Source: Mariprofundaceae bacterium (GTDB lineage Bacteria > Pseudomonadota > Zetaproteobacteria > Mariprofundales > Mariprofundaceae). From it: a stretch of 39,225 nucleotides of DNA. Below are positions 8,380-17,558 of this stretch, piece after piece. The position numbers were made by a program, and so were the translations under genes. The notes under the pieces are model-generated. The model was not told the origin of the DNA. It made no database searches and saw only the letters and a list, made by a program, of their open reading frames with translations. The stretch spans positions 1-39,225 of the forward strand of contig JAUZQT010000163.1 of NCBI GenBank assembly GCA_030950825.1. The letters are read 5' to 3'. The first letter of the stretch is position 1, and each line of letters begins with the position of its first letter.

Positions 8380-9666
8380 TTAAAAGGCTTGTCCCGTGCC
8401 CAAATGTACGCGCCAGCGATGCAGGGCAGTGCTATAAGCAACATCGGCGCGTAAGGTTCCATTCATCAACCAGCGAAAAGTCCAGCGAATACCTGTGCCG
8501 GCACCAGCAACGACAGAGCGATCCAGTGCTCTGCGCCCCTGATTATTCACATGCCCAACATCCACAAAAGCAAGCCATTGCACATTGCTATCCAGCTTTA
8601 TTTGCATACGGCTTTCCAGTGAGCCATAAATGTACGCACTGCCGTGTAAATCTCCAGGGTAATAACCTCGAATTCCCCCGCCACTACCGAGATCAAACAA
8701 GCCATCGCGCAATAAATCACCCGTTGCCCAGCCTGCATTCACACGCATATTGATGGTATCTTGTTGTTTTAATGGCATGTAGCTGCGCCATGATGCACTT
8801 TGCCGAATAATATTAACGGTTGAGCCCAATAAGCTGTTCGCTAGTTCTGCATGATAATTGAATGCAGAGCCTGTGATCCAAGTTATATTGTCATTCACAA
8901 AGCGATAGTTGATACCTAGATTAATAGCATTGCGTTGATAATTCTGAATATTTGATTGCGCGCTGCCTGCCTCCAATGTGAATGTTTTAAGGCTATGATT
9001 CAATCCTACGCGAGCATCCCAACCCTCACCAGGAACGGCATCAAAAGCATAGGATACACCCAGAGACCAATCTTGACTGTTTTGTCGGTATGAGCTGCTC
9101 AAGATGCCATTTTCAAAGGCATCGAAAATACTGTCGCCACGATTTATAGACGCATCCATACTATATTTTGAATCAGCAAGCCGCCGCCATATATAGGATG
9201 CTTGGTGTGACCTTCCTTGATTACTGCTGAAGTTTTTGCCAGTGTCTAGGCTGCTTGAAAAACGCATGAAGTGATTCAATCCCCATAAATTATAATCACT
9301 TAAAGCAATACCTGCACGGGATGCCCCACCATCTTTTCGGGTGAGCTCTGGCAGCAACCAAATGGACCAGCGGTCACGCACAATAATTTGAACATGCCCC
9401 TGACGATTCGGTGGCAGCACAGTAGCTTCACTGAACACACCCAAATTTTTCAAACGTCGTTCGCTTATCTTGGCATAAGAAGGCTGCCACTTATCTCCTT
9501 CTGAAAATGCAAGCTCTCGCAATACAAGGCGCGGATGGCTGTGTTTTAAACCAGAGATGGTAATTTTTTGTATGATGTTCGCTTCAACGGTATAAGCACA
9601 AACAGGCAAACAAAGGGAATACAGAAGAAATGACATAAAGACACTTCTTCGTAGGATGTTACGCAT
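8380..9666 (-). CDS. Omp85-superfamily outer membrane protein with a single POTRA domain
   Basis: Signal peptide MRNILRRSVFMSFLLYSLCLPVCA. POTRA-like ITISGLKHSHPRLVLRELAFSEGDKW. Alternating beta-strand pattern and C-terminal ...HLGTGQAF. Start moved from TTG 9684 to ATG 9666. Confidence 0.7.
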   Translation of the reverse strand: MRNILRRSVFMSFLLYSLCLPVCAYTVEANIIQKITISGLKHSHPRLVLRELAFSEGDKWQPSYAKISERRLKNLGVFSEATVLPPNRQGHVQIIVRDRWSIWLLPELTRKDGGASRAGIALSDYNLWGLNHFMRFSSSLDTGKNFSSNQGRSHQASYIWRRLADSKYSMDASINRGDSIFDAFENGILSSSYRQNSQDWSLGVSYAFDAVPGEGWDARVGLNHSLKTFTLEAGSAQSNIQNYQRNAINLGINYRFVNDNITWITGSAFNYHAELANSLLGSTVNIIRQSASWRSYMPLKQQDTINMRVNAGWATGDLLRDGLFDLGSGGGIRGYYPGDLHGSAYIYGSLESRMQIKLDSNVQWLAFVDVGHVNNQGRRALDRSVVAGAGTGIRWTFRWLMNGTLRADVAYSTALHRWRVHLGTGQAF

Positions 9667-9775
9667 TGATGAAACGCCCCTCAAATGGAATTAGCCAATG
9701 ATTCAGGTTCACAAGATGAAGCCTTCTCACCCCATAATACGAAATATTAACAGGGGCGGAACATAAAAATGCGGG

Positions 9776-10129
9776 CTAGGAAGGCATTGCCTCATCGGAT
9801 AGAATACTCCAAATAACTTTCAAAACATGATCGGAGACAACTTCAGTTTGCTTATTTTCTGCTTTATCAAGCTCTTCGCGTAATAAAACTTGAATGTCGC
9901 GATCACCCGTACAGTTAAAAATAAACCCCACATCTTCAGAGAAGTCAATCACATCAGCCATGCCAACGCAGGCAATGGCATGGTTTTGCGCTATTATTTT
10001 ACCATGGGTATTTTCAGGCTCAACAACACACGCAATATGCAGCCCCAAATTAGAGCGTTGAATCAATTGCTCTAAAAAAAAAGTGCCAACCTTACCAAGT
10101 CCAATTATAACAATACTTGTGCTTTCCAT
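9776..10129 (-). CDS. Stand-alone Rossmann domain protein (TrkA-N/RCK-like), 117 aa
   Basis: IVIIGLGKVG dinucleotide-binding loop at the N-terminus and ...FNCTGDRDIQVLL. Length matches a lone TrkA-N domain. Product assignment is tentative. Confidence 0.5.
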   Translation of the reverse strand: MESTSIVIIGLGKVGTFFLEQLIQRSNLGLHIACVVEPENTHGKIIAQNHAIACVGMADVIDFSEDVGFIFNCTGDRDIQVLLREELDKAENKQTEVVSDHVLKVIWSILSDEAMPS

Positions 10130-10161
10130 TTTTATACTCCTTTAGGAATGGGAATTAAATA

Positions 10162-10272
10162 AATAAATCATCCATTTCTACGGGTGTAAAAGCGCACCTT
10201 CTGCGTTGTGGGATCAGTTACATAGACCAGCTATGAGCCACTCTCTCAACGTATTAATTTGGATGATTTATT
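10162..10272 (-). promoter_or_regulatory. 13-bp perfect inverted repeat enclosing 85 nt in the leader of the Rossmann-domain gene (structured leader or mini-MITE)
   Basis: AATAAATCATCCA (10162-10174) / TGGATGATTTATT (10260-10272). Confidence 0.35.
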
Positions 10273-10328
10273 CCCCGCGACCTTATTTCAGGCGTATGGC
10301 TACACAATAACCTCTTTATTTGAAAGGT

Positions 10329-11180
10329 TTATTTTTTTAAGAGCTTAAACGGTGCTTTCATGGCTTCATCATGGTAGCTAGACATGCGTTTTTTCCAGCC
10401 TTGCAACCAGCGGTTTTCATGTCGTGACGGCGGCGATAAGGACACGCGTCTGGTCAATATAAACACTGCACTGTTGGCAAAATCCTGTATGCAAGCAAGG
10501 CCTGAGCTGCTGCTTTGCATATGCCCCAATACTTGTAGCAAGCCCCAAGCTTTGCCTTGATAGCGTTCGGATAATTTGATGCCTTCACCCTTGAAATTGA
10601 CATAATCCATCAGTGGGTAAAAGCCCATAGGGCTATTGGCAACATATTGAAACTGCTGGCGAATATGAGGGCGTTTTTTTTGGGAGATGTGCTGCAATAT
10701 GCGAGGTAGGGCATTTTTTAGTCTATTTTTAATAAAATCAACCTGTAAATCACGCGTTTTGAGTAAAAAGTCACGCAAACGCTGTATGCGCGCCGTATTT
10801 TTTATGTGTTCAAAATGCTTTCGGTTTTTCCAAGGGTTTCCTTTTTGCTTAAGCAGCCATATTGGTATTTCAGTGCCTTGATAGCGCATCCATGCCAATA
10901 ACTTTGGAAAACTTTCATCGAATTTTTTACTACTTTCAGGCACCCCTTCAGGATACCAAATAAAATGCCCGATTCCCAAAGAAGCAAATGCTTCACCCTT
11001 ATTCCATGAGGTGAGACAGGCGTTTTGTGAGGCGCATTCATTATGGAAAATGAGCGCGCCGATACGAAGTAATTCTTCTTTGGAAAGCTCAGAGGCGACA
11101 GTATTCGATGCCAGCAGGCATACAAAAAAGGGAAGCCATCGACTCCCCCTTTTCCAGTCAACGCAGATGAAATCTTTCAC
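10329..11180 (-). CDS. Secreted protein of unknown function
   Basis: GTG start. Signal-like WLPFFVCLLASNTVA|SE. Conserved-looking blocks GIGHFIWYPEG, DYVNFKGEG, GLLQVLGH. No family recognised. Confidence 0.6.
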   Translation of the reverse strand: MKDFICVDWKRGSRWLPFFVCLLASNTVASELSKEELLRIGALIFHNECASQNACLTSWNKGEAFASLGIGHFIWYPEGVPESSKKFDESFPKLLAWMRYQGTEIPIWLLKQKGNPWKNRKHFEHIKNTARIQRLRDFLLKTRDLQVDFIKNRLKNALPRILQHISQKKRPHIRQQFQYVANSPMGFYPLMDYVNFKGEGIKLSERYQGKAWGLLQVLGHMQSSSSGLACIQDFANSAVFILTRRVSLSPPSRHENRWLQGWKKRMSSYHDEAMKAPFKLLKK

Positions 11181-11245
11181 CCCTGATATGAAATATTTAT
11201 CATAGCCTGAAAAGCTTCATTGACTCATTTTTTCCATGTTAAGAT
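11172..11245 (+). repeat. Intergenic repeat family A, copy 2
   Basis: TGATATGAAATATTTATCATAGCCTGAAAAGCTTCATTGACTCATTTTTTCCATGTTAAGAT. About 55 of 62 hand-aligned positions are identical to copy 1. Confidence 0.85.
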
Positions 11246-11254
11246 GTAACAAGT

Positions 11255-11896
11255 TTAAAATTTAAAGTTGATGCCAATGGAGGCAACAGGATAGAATTGC
11301 ATGTTTTTCAAAGCGTCATCAAGCTTTTGTTTTTCCGCTGCAATATCGGTGGCACTGACACCTGGAGCGACAATTGATGTCTTGGGTTTGCCCATATATA
11401 ATGCACCTAGCTCAAAACTAAAGCCGATGGGGCTTCCGCTGGAAATGGCATCACCCCAACCAATTCCGACATAAGGCGCAAAGTTATTAAAGTCTACTGT
11501 CGTTGAAACGACAGGACTGACATAAGTCGTTCCGCCAATCACCACACTGCCCAACTGGCGTGCGTTCATGGTCAACTTATTACCATTATAGTATGCACCA
11601 CCCGTCAGACGAAATTTTCCTGCAAACGGATAAACATCAGCAAGTAGGCCTACGGTTGCCAGTTTCAATTTGGCATCGTATGTTATATTGGTATCGGTGA
11701 TTGTTGTATTGTAATTAAAGCCATTGCCTTGCAAACGAGCATTGATAAATAATGGCACAATATTGGTAGTCGCCTCCACACCAAAACCCAACGTTCCCAC
11801 TTTAGCAGCAATGCCCAAATCACCTGCTTGAGCTGTTGTTCCCAAGCCCAGCGCAAGCAATAAGGTCAAGCCTTTTAAACTATTTTTTAATGTCAT
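11255..11896 (-). CDS. Small outer-membrane beta-barrel protein (OmpA-barrel/OmpW-like size class)
   Basis: Signal peptide ...LALGLGTTAQA|GD, alternating amphipathic strands, aromatic girdle residues, C-terminal INFKF. Confidence 0.7.
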   Translation of the reverse strand: MTLKNSLKGLTLLLALGLGTTAQAGDLGIAAKVGTLGFGVEATTNIVPLFINARLQGNGFNYNTTITDTNITYDAKLKLATVGLLADVYPFAGKFRLTGGAYYNGNKLTMNARQLGSVVIGGTTYVSPVVSTTVDFNNFAPYVGIGWGDAISSGSPIGFSFELGALYMGKPKTSIVAPGVSATDIAAEKQKLDDALKNMQFYPVASIGINFKF

Positions 11897-11958
11897 ATGA
11901 TCTCCCTTTCATGTTGTTTGTTTTATATTTATGGTGGCTTGAGTAAGAGTAGTCGAAA

Positions 11959-12333
11959 TTATAATTTCTGCAAGGTCATTTCCATGACCTTATTATTGTA
12001 ATCTTGTACAATCAGCTGTGAACGAAACAGCGCATATATCTCCGTTACTGACAGCAATACAAAGAGAGCCAGTCCAAATGGCCATAAGCCTCCGATGGCC
12101 AATGCAACTGCAAGCACAAAACCAACAAGGTTGAATATCCCCCGCAACCAATGGCCCAGATAAAAGTGATGTAAGCCTGTAATAAATAAATAATTCAATA
12201 CGGCAAAAGTATCGGGGTCTTTAAGCTTTTTCTTAACGGATTGATAAAACGCTTTGCGTGTTTCATCGGGCAAATCGCGAACAATCAGTCGCAATGCCTC
12301 TTCTTGATACGCAACGTCCTCCTTCTTGAGCAT
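11959..12333 (-). CDS. TM2 domain-containing membrane protein
   Basis: ITGLHHFYLGHWLRGIFNL matches the TM2 signature (G-x-H-x-FYLG). Two TM helices. Lies 3 nt after the DUF4177-like gene. Confidence 0.65.
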   Translation of the reverse strand: MLKKEDVAYQEEALRLIVRDLPDETRKAFYQSVKKKLKDPDTFAVLNYLFITGLHHFYLGHWLRGIFNLVGFVLAVALAIGGLWPFGLALFVLLSVTEIYALFRSQLIVQDYNNKVMEMTLQKL

Positions 12334-12336
12334 TAT

Positions 12337-12549
12337 TTAACGTCCCAACGTGATCACAACGGTTTCACGACTCCAGAAAAGCCACAAACGTTTTTTCTCT
12401 ACAAATTGAAATACCACTTGCCAATCATCAGCCGCAGCTTCATTCAAGTCCATTTCCATCTTTTTAATGGGCAAGCCTGAGGCACCCAAAAAGATAGTCC
12501 CCAGTGCGCCTTCTGAAATAGATATTACCTTATATTCTTTGTATGCCAT
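12337..12549 (-). CDS. DUF4177-like small protein
   Basis: 70 aa, YKVISI...LNEAAADDWQVV pattern. Starts 3 nt after the trmFO stop. Family call comes from memory of the fold pattern only. Confidence 0.5.
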   Translation of the reverse strand: MAYKEYKVISISEGALGTIFLGASGLPIKKMEMDLNEAAADDWQVVFQFVEKKRLWLFWSRETVVITLGR

Positions 12550-12552
12550 GAT

Positions 12553-13905
12553 TTACTCCTCCAGCCATTGTTTGAGTGTTGCTAATGCTCGGTCTGATAC
12601 AGCACGGCGACGTTCTGCCCGTGAAAACCGTCTTTTTCCTTCACGTTTTTTGCCCGCAGGCAACAAACCAAAATTAATATTCATGGGCTGAAAATCTGCC
12701 ACCCGCGTTCCTGAAATATGAGCCAATAATGCACCATGTGCGGTATCTGATGGTGGTGATACAGGCTCTTTATCGGCTACAATATCTGCCAAAAAGCGTC
12801 CAGCCATCAAGCCCATGGATGCCGACTCAACATAGCCTTCAACCCCTGTAATTTGCCCAGCAAACATCACCCGCGCATCTTTTTTCAAGCGTAGCGTATT
12901 GTTCAATAGAGCTGGGGATTTGATAAAGGTATTGCGGTGCAATGAGCCCAAACGGAAAAACTCAACATTCTCTAGCCCTGGAATCATTGAAAAGATGCGC
13001 TTTTGCTCGCCATAGGTCATTTTTGTTTGAAAACCAACCATGTTCAACAGGCTTCCCATGCGGTTATCTCTGCGAAGCTGTACCACAGCATAGGCCTTTT
13101 TACCTGTTTCTGGATGATCCAGACCAACAGGCTTCATCGGCCCAAAACGCGGTGTGTCTTCCCCACGCTCAGCCATTTCTTCAATGGGCATACAGCCATC
13201 AAAGAATGGAATATCTTCAAAGCCTTTAAAAGCCACTTTTTCTGCATTGACCAGTTCTTTCACAAAGGCCTTGTACTGCACTTCATTCATGGGGCAGTTG
13301 AGATAGTCGCCAGCCTCACCTTCTTCAGTATTTTTGTTATAGCGGTTTTTCCAATAACAAATACCCATATCAATGGATTCAGCATCCACCACAGGTGCAA
13401 TGGCATCAAAAAAACAAAGGCGATCTTCACCTGTAAGCACTTTGATTTGTTCGTATAAGGTATCCGATGTCAAAGGGCCTGATGCAATCAATACCAGCCC
13501 ATTCGCTGGTATTTCAGTCACTTCGCCTTCCACAAATTCAATCAATGGTTCTGCTTTCAACGCCGATGTTACCAATTCTGCAAACTGCTCGCGATCCACA
13601 GCCAAAGCGGTACCTGCTGGAATACGAGCCTTGTCGCCACAGGCCATAATTAAAGAATCCATGCAGCGCATTTCTTCATGTAAAAGACCCACAGCATTTT
13701 CCAAATGATCGGCGCGAAAGCTGTTGGAACATACCAGCTCGGCACACTGACCACTGTTATGCGCGGGTGTCATTTTATGAGGCCGCATTTCATGCAGGCG
13801 CACCTTGATGCCACGTTTTGCCAACTGCCAAGCCGCTTCAGAGCCTGCCAATCCTGCGCCAATAATACTTACGGTTTGTGTCAAAGGTTGAGAGGTATCA
13901 GTCAT
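12553..13905 (-). CDS. trmFO: Methylenetetrahydrofolate--tRNA-(uracil54-C5)-methyltransferase TrmFO
   Basis: IIGAGLAGSEAAWQLAKRG FAD loop, ELVCSNSFR, GQITGVEGYVESAASG-type block. ~450 aa as expected. Confidence 0.9.
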   Translation of the reverse strand: MTDTSQPLTQTVSIIGAGLAGSEAAWQLAKRGIKVRLHEMRPHKMTPAHNSGQCAELVCSNSFRADHLENAVGLLHEEMRCMDSLIMACGDKARIPAGTALAVDREQFAELVTSALKAEPLIEFVEGEVTEIPANGLVLIASGPLTSDTLYEQIKVLTGEDRLCFFDAIAPVVDAESIDMGICYWKNRYNKNTEEGEAGDYLNCPMNEVQYKAFVKELVNAEKVAFKGFEDIPFFDGCMPIEEMAERGEDTPRFGPMKPVGLDHPETGKKAYAVVQLRRDNRMGSLLNMVGFQTKMTYGEQKRIFSMIPGLENVEFFRLGSLHRNTFIKSPALLNNTLRLKKDARVMFAGQITGVEGYVESASMGLMAGRFLADIVADKEPVSPPSDTAHGALLAHISGTRVADFQPMNINFGLLPAGKKREGKRRFSRAERRRAVSDRALATLKQWLEE

Positions 13906-13964
13906 GCGACAAAGCTACTGCCACACAGGGTGACAACAAGTGCCAATTGTTTGGTCGGAGGGGG

Positions 13965-14495
13965 TCAAGCTTGGGATTTTACCGTAACATTTAAAATGGG
14001 CATCACCTCCATCGGCTTGATGGGCGCATCCGACAAACGTTTTTGCACGGCAATTTCATCACAATCTGCAAATTTCTTACAATGCACACATACCGTCCAT
14101 ATTTTGTGGGGAAGACTTTCTTTGGCTACCACATCGTAGCCCATATTTGTAAAAAAACGATCCACATAGGTCAGGGCAAAGACTTGCGCAACATGCAGTT
14201 GCAGTGCCAGTTTTTCACAGCCTTCAACCAATAAGTGCCCAATGCGTTTGCCTTGGTGGCTTGGCTTTACCACCAAGGAGCGTATCTCAGCAATGTTTGA
14301 GCCGTAGATATGGAGGGCTGCTGTACCAACCAGTATCCCATCATATTCAGCCACAATAAACTCTTGCAAATGTTGAAATAAATCATCTTTACTGCGTTGT
14401 AAAATAATTTGATTTTGTGCATAAGGACGAAGCAAGGCATATATGCCATCAACATCACCTGTTTCTGCGGCACGGACAACAATACGATGGCTCAT
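13965..14495 (-). CDS. GNAT N-acetyltransferase (short N-acetylglutamate-synthase-like family)
   Basis: Acetyl-CoA motif RSLVVKPSHQGKRIGHLLV. C-terminal Cys cluster CVHCKKFADCDE, seen in short ArgA-like acetyltransferases. Confidence 0.7.
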   Translation of the reverse strand: MSHRIVVRAAETGDVDGIYALLRPYAQNQIILQRSKDDLFQHLQEFIVAEYDGILVGTAALHIYGSNIAEIRSLVVKPSHQGKRIGHLLVEGCEKLALQLHVAQVFALTYVDRFFTNMGYDVVAKESLPHKIWTVCVHCKKFADCDEIAVQKRLSDAPIKPMEVMPILNVTVKSQA

Positions 14496-14522
14496 TCTGT
14501 GTGGCTCACAGCATTGACCTCA

Positions 14523-16190
14523 TCAGGCATTTTGACCTTTACGCAACATTTGTTTGGCATGTTTTAAGCTCTCAGTATCACTCCCGCCCAGCATTCGGGC
14601 GATTTCAGCGGCGCGTTCGTTGTTTTGCAATACGCTTAAATCAGTCATGGTTCGACCATCACTTTGTTTTTTTACAATACTGATTTGATGCTGTGCACAG
14701 ACTGCAACTTGTGGCAAATGAGACACCACAAATACTTGCCGATCCTTGCCCATAGCAGATAGTAACTCACCAACACACCAAGCCGTTTCACCACCAATAC
14801 CAACATCGACTTCATCAAATACAGCGATATCAGGTGCCTGCATAAAAGAACCGCAAGCCTTTAATGCCAATACCAAACGTGATAATTCACCGCCTGATGC
14901 GACTTGTGCCAATGGACGGAAAGGCTCGCCAGGATTGCTGGAAAGCATGAAGTTCATATTATCCCAGCCGTGCGTGTGCCATGATCCCACATCTTCCTTT
15001 TTTGAAATAAGCTTAATGTTTACTTGCATACCCGCCATGCCCAAACGATCCAAGTAAGGGCGTAATGCGATAAGCCAGGCATCAATGGCTTTTTTGCGTG
15101 CGCTACTAAGCACTTTCGCTTGTTGGCAATAGCTCTGCTCTGCTTTTTCGATATGCGATTGCAATGCGCTTTCATCCCACGCGGCTGTATCCAATAATGA
15201 TAAACGCTGTTGCCAATCGTTCATTTGATTTAACAGACCTGCCTCATCATGGCCGTGTCGCCGCATAGCTTCGCGCAAATCGGCCAAGCGATTTTCAGTT
15301 GCTTGTAAGTCGGCGGCATTGAGGGTGAGCTCTTGGGCATCTTGCAGATAGGGTGAAATCTCACTCAATAGCGCATCAACCTGTGCCAGCAAATGCGATG
15401 CCGATGCCAAACCTGAATGAAACGATGCGAGCGGCTCGATGGCATGGCTGACTTGTGCCAGTAGATCACGCACATTTGTTTCATGATCCTCATCAAGTAA
15501 CATTAAAGCCTGCGCACCAGCTTGTTGAATTTGTGCAATATGCTGGCCTGCTTCAGCTTGGGCGGCGAGCTTTTCTTCCAGCCCTTGCTGAATATTCAAA
15601 ACACGTAGTTTATCCAGTTCAAAACGCATCCATGATGCCTGAGCGGCATCTTCTCCACACTGGTTTTGCATGTTTTGCAGCTGTTTTTGCAACTTTTCCA
15701 AATCATCAAATGCAGCTGCAACAGCTTGCAATAGTGTTGTATCCACCCGTGAATCGACCAGCTGCTGCTGGAATGATGCTTGCATAAGTCCTTGATGTTC
15801 GTGTTGACCATGTAAGTCAAGGCATAGCATACCAATTTTTTGCAAGGTTTTTAAGGGGGTAGGTATGCCATTTAGCCATGCACGCGAACGACCATCGGCA
15901 TTAATGATTCGCCGCAAAAATAACGGTTCATCGCGGTCAATGCCCTGCTCTTGGAGTAGGACTTGCAACTGAGCGTCATCACTTTCAATGACAGCATGCA
16001 ACTCTGCACGTGCGGCACCATGGCGAACCCAATCAGTGCTGGCTCGTGCCCCAAATATTGCCCCCAGTGCATCCACCAATAAGGATTTGCCAGCACCTGT
16101 TTCACCCGTGAATACAGTCATGCCTTGTTTGAATTCCAAGTGCACATCTTCCATTAAAGCAAACTGTTGTACTTTTAGTTCGATCAGCAT
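14523..16190 (-). CDS. recN: DNA repair protein RecN
   Basis: Walker A FTGETGAGKS, long coiled-coil centre, SGGELSR signature and Walker B VFDEVDVGIGG. Confidence 0.95.
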   Translation of the reverse strand: MLIELKVQQFALMEDVHLEFKQGMTVFTGETGAGKSLLVDALGAIFGARASTDWVRHGAARAELHAVIESDDAQLQVLLQEQGIDRDEPLFLRRIINADGRSRAWLNGIPTPLKTLQKIGMLCLDLHGQHEHQGLMQASFQQQLVDSRVDTTLLQAVAAAFDDLEKLQKQLQNMQNQCGEDAAQASWMRFELDKLRVLNIQQGLEEKLAAQAEAGQHIAQIQQAGAQALMLLDEDHETNVRDLLAQVSHAIEPLASFHSGLASASHLLAQVDALLSEISPYLQDAQELTLNAADLQATENRLADLREAMRRHGHDEAGLLNQMNDWQQRLSLLDTAAWDESALQSHIEKAEQSYCQQAKVLSSARKKAIDAWLIALRPYLDRLGMAGMQVNIKLISKKEDVGSWHTHGWDNMNFMLSSNPGEPFRPLAQVASGGELSRLVLALKACGSFMQAPDIAVFDEVDVGIGGETAWCVGELLSAMGKDRQVFVVSHLPQVAVCAQHQISIVKKQSDGRTMTDLSVLQNNERAAEIARMLGGSDTESLKHAKQMLRKGQNA

Positions 16191-16250
16191 GTTGTTTCAT
16201 TCCCGTTCAATATTAGAGGCTTTGATTAATATGAAATAAATTCATCTGCG

Positions 16251-17120
16251 TTAAGGGGTATCATGCCCTGCCCAATGCAGTTTACTGCGCAGGGTGTTGA
16301 AATAATGCCTTTCAGGCAGATAAATCAGGCAAATTTGGCCAGCTTTGCGAATGCTCACCGAATCGCCTTGTAGTAAATTCATATGTGTTTGGCCATCAAG
16401 GCTCAAGGCTGAAGGTTGGGGGCTATCCAATAGTTTGAGTAGCAAAACATCGTTGGCGGGTACAATCACGGGGCGATTCGACAAAGTATGTGGACACAGT
16501 GGTACAACACTGATGGCTTCGACTTCTGGGTGTACAATCGGGCCGCCAGCCGATAATGCGTAGGCAGTGGAGCCAGCAGGCGTTGCTAGAACAAGGCCAT
16601 CAGCACGTGTGCGAAACATCAGCTGATCTCGAAAGTGGAGCTCGAATTCAATGGGGCGTGGATGCGCTTGCCGTTGTAGCACCACATCATTCATTGCAAC
16701 CCCTTGTTTTAATAATGCGCCATCACGCCAAGTTTCAGCCAGTAATGCAAAGTGATGTTTGGTTTTGTAGTTCCCAGATAAAATTTCAGCGACCACATCA
16801 AACATATTTCCTACTGGGGTGTCGGTTAAGAAGCCCAAACGCCCTAGATTAATGCCAAGAATCGGTGTGTCCGAGTCTACCAAATGCCTTCCAGCATTTA
16901 ATAAGGTACCATCACCACCCAAAACAACCAATAACTCTGCTCGTTTGGCAATATCTTTCAAGGGTAACATTTCGCCACAAGAATTTGGTTGGTTGTTATC
17001 ACACAGTACTTCACAGCCACGTGTTACCAACCATGTGGCAAGCTCTTTTGCCAAGCTTTTGGCTCTATGATCATCAGGCTTGATGCTGATGCCAATGCTA
17101 TGCATGGGCGCATCATTCAT
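16251..17120 (-). CDS. nadK: NAD kinase
   Basis: GGDGTLL and TPAGSTAYALSAGGPIV motifs. Confidence 0.93.
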   Translation of the reverse strand: MNDAPMHSIGISIKPDDHRAKSLAKELATWLVTRGCEVLCDNNQPNSCGEMLPLKDIAKRAELLVVLGGDGTLLNAGRHLVDSDTPILGINLGRLGFLTDTPVGNMFDVVAEILSGNYKTKHHFALLAETWRDGALLKQGVAMNDVVLQRQAHPRPIEFELHFRDQLMFRTRADGLVLATPAGSTAYALSAGGPIVHPEVEAISVVPLCPHTLSNRPVIVPANDVLLLKLLDSPQPSALSLDGQTHMNLLQGDSVSIRKAGQICLIYLPERHYFNTLRSKLHWAGHDTP

Positions 17121-17401
17121 GGTGTGGCTGTATTCCAGTGTTCAGGTTGTAAGTGGCATTGAAAGCATTGGTCTGCTTTGGTGTGTTTGATGGGCTGTGG
17201 TTTAACGCCATCAATGCTATGGCAGGTCATACATTCGGCACGCGATTGAACCGACTGATGTGTTTCATTATCAGGAACAGGCTTGGTTTTACGCTCATTG
17301 GCTCCCAGCACCAGCAACAAAATAACGGCTGCTACTATTGCAAAAAACACCATATCCCGTTTATCAGGCTGCCATTTTTGTTTGCTTTTAGACTCTGCCA
17401 T
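17117..17401 (-). CDS. Membrane-anchored diheme c-type cytochrome (94 aa)
   Basis: One N-terminal TM helix (VFFAIVAAVILLLVLG) and two CXXCH motifs (CMTCH, CFQCH) about 23 residues apart. Its stop overlaps the nadK start (ATGA). Confidence 0.7.
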   Translation of the reverse strand: MAESKSKQKWQPDKRDMVFFAIVAAVILLLVLGANERKTKPVPDNETHQSVQSRAECMTCHSIDGVKPQPIKHTKADQCFQCHLQPEHWNTATP

Positions 17402-17558
17402 GGATGCCTCGCTTTATAAATATTATCAGCGGCACGCTATACCCGTCACCGCTTTGATGTCACGCTGTCAGATGTATAATTACACCCAATACCATTAAGT
17501 ATTCAATCTGTCTATATTCAATTACAATGCGGCAGACTTACTACTAATGGAGAATCTA

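Noticed and set aside
10074-10082. A9/T9 homopolymer within codons 16-19 of the 117-aa gene as a phase-variation switch. Similar 8-mers lie at 10674-10681 and 6860-6867.
   Set aside because: Tracts of 8-9 A/T are not exceptional in this moderately AT-rich sequence, and they encode plausible Phe/Lys runs. Without population or strain data there is no evidence of length variation.
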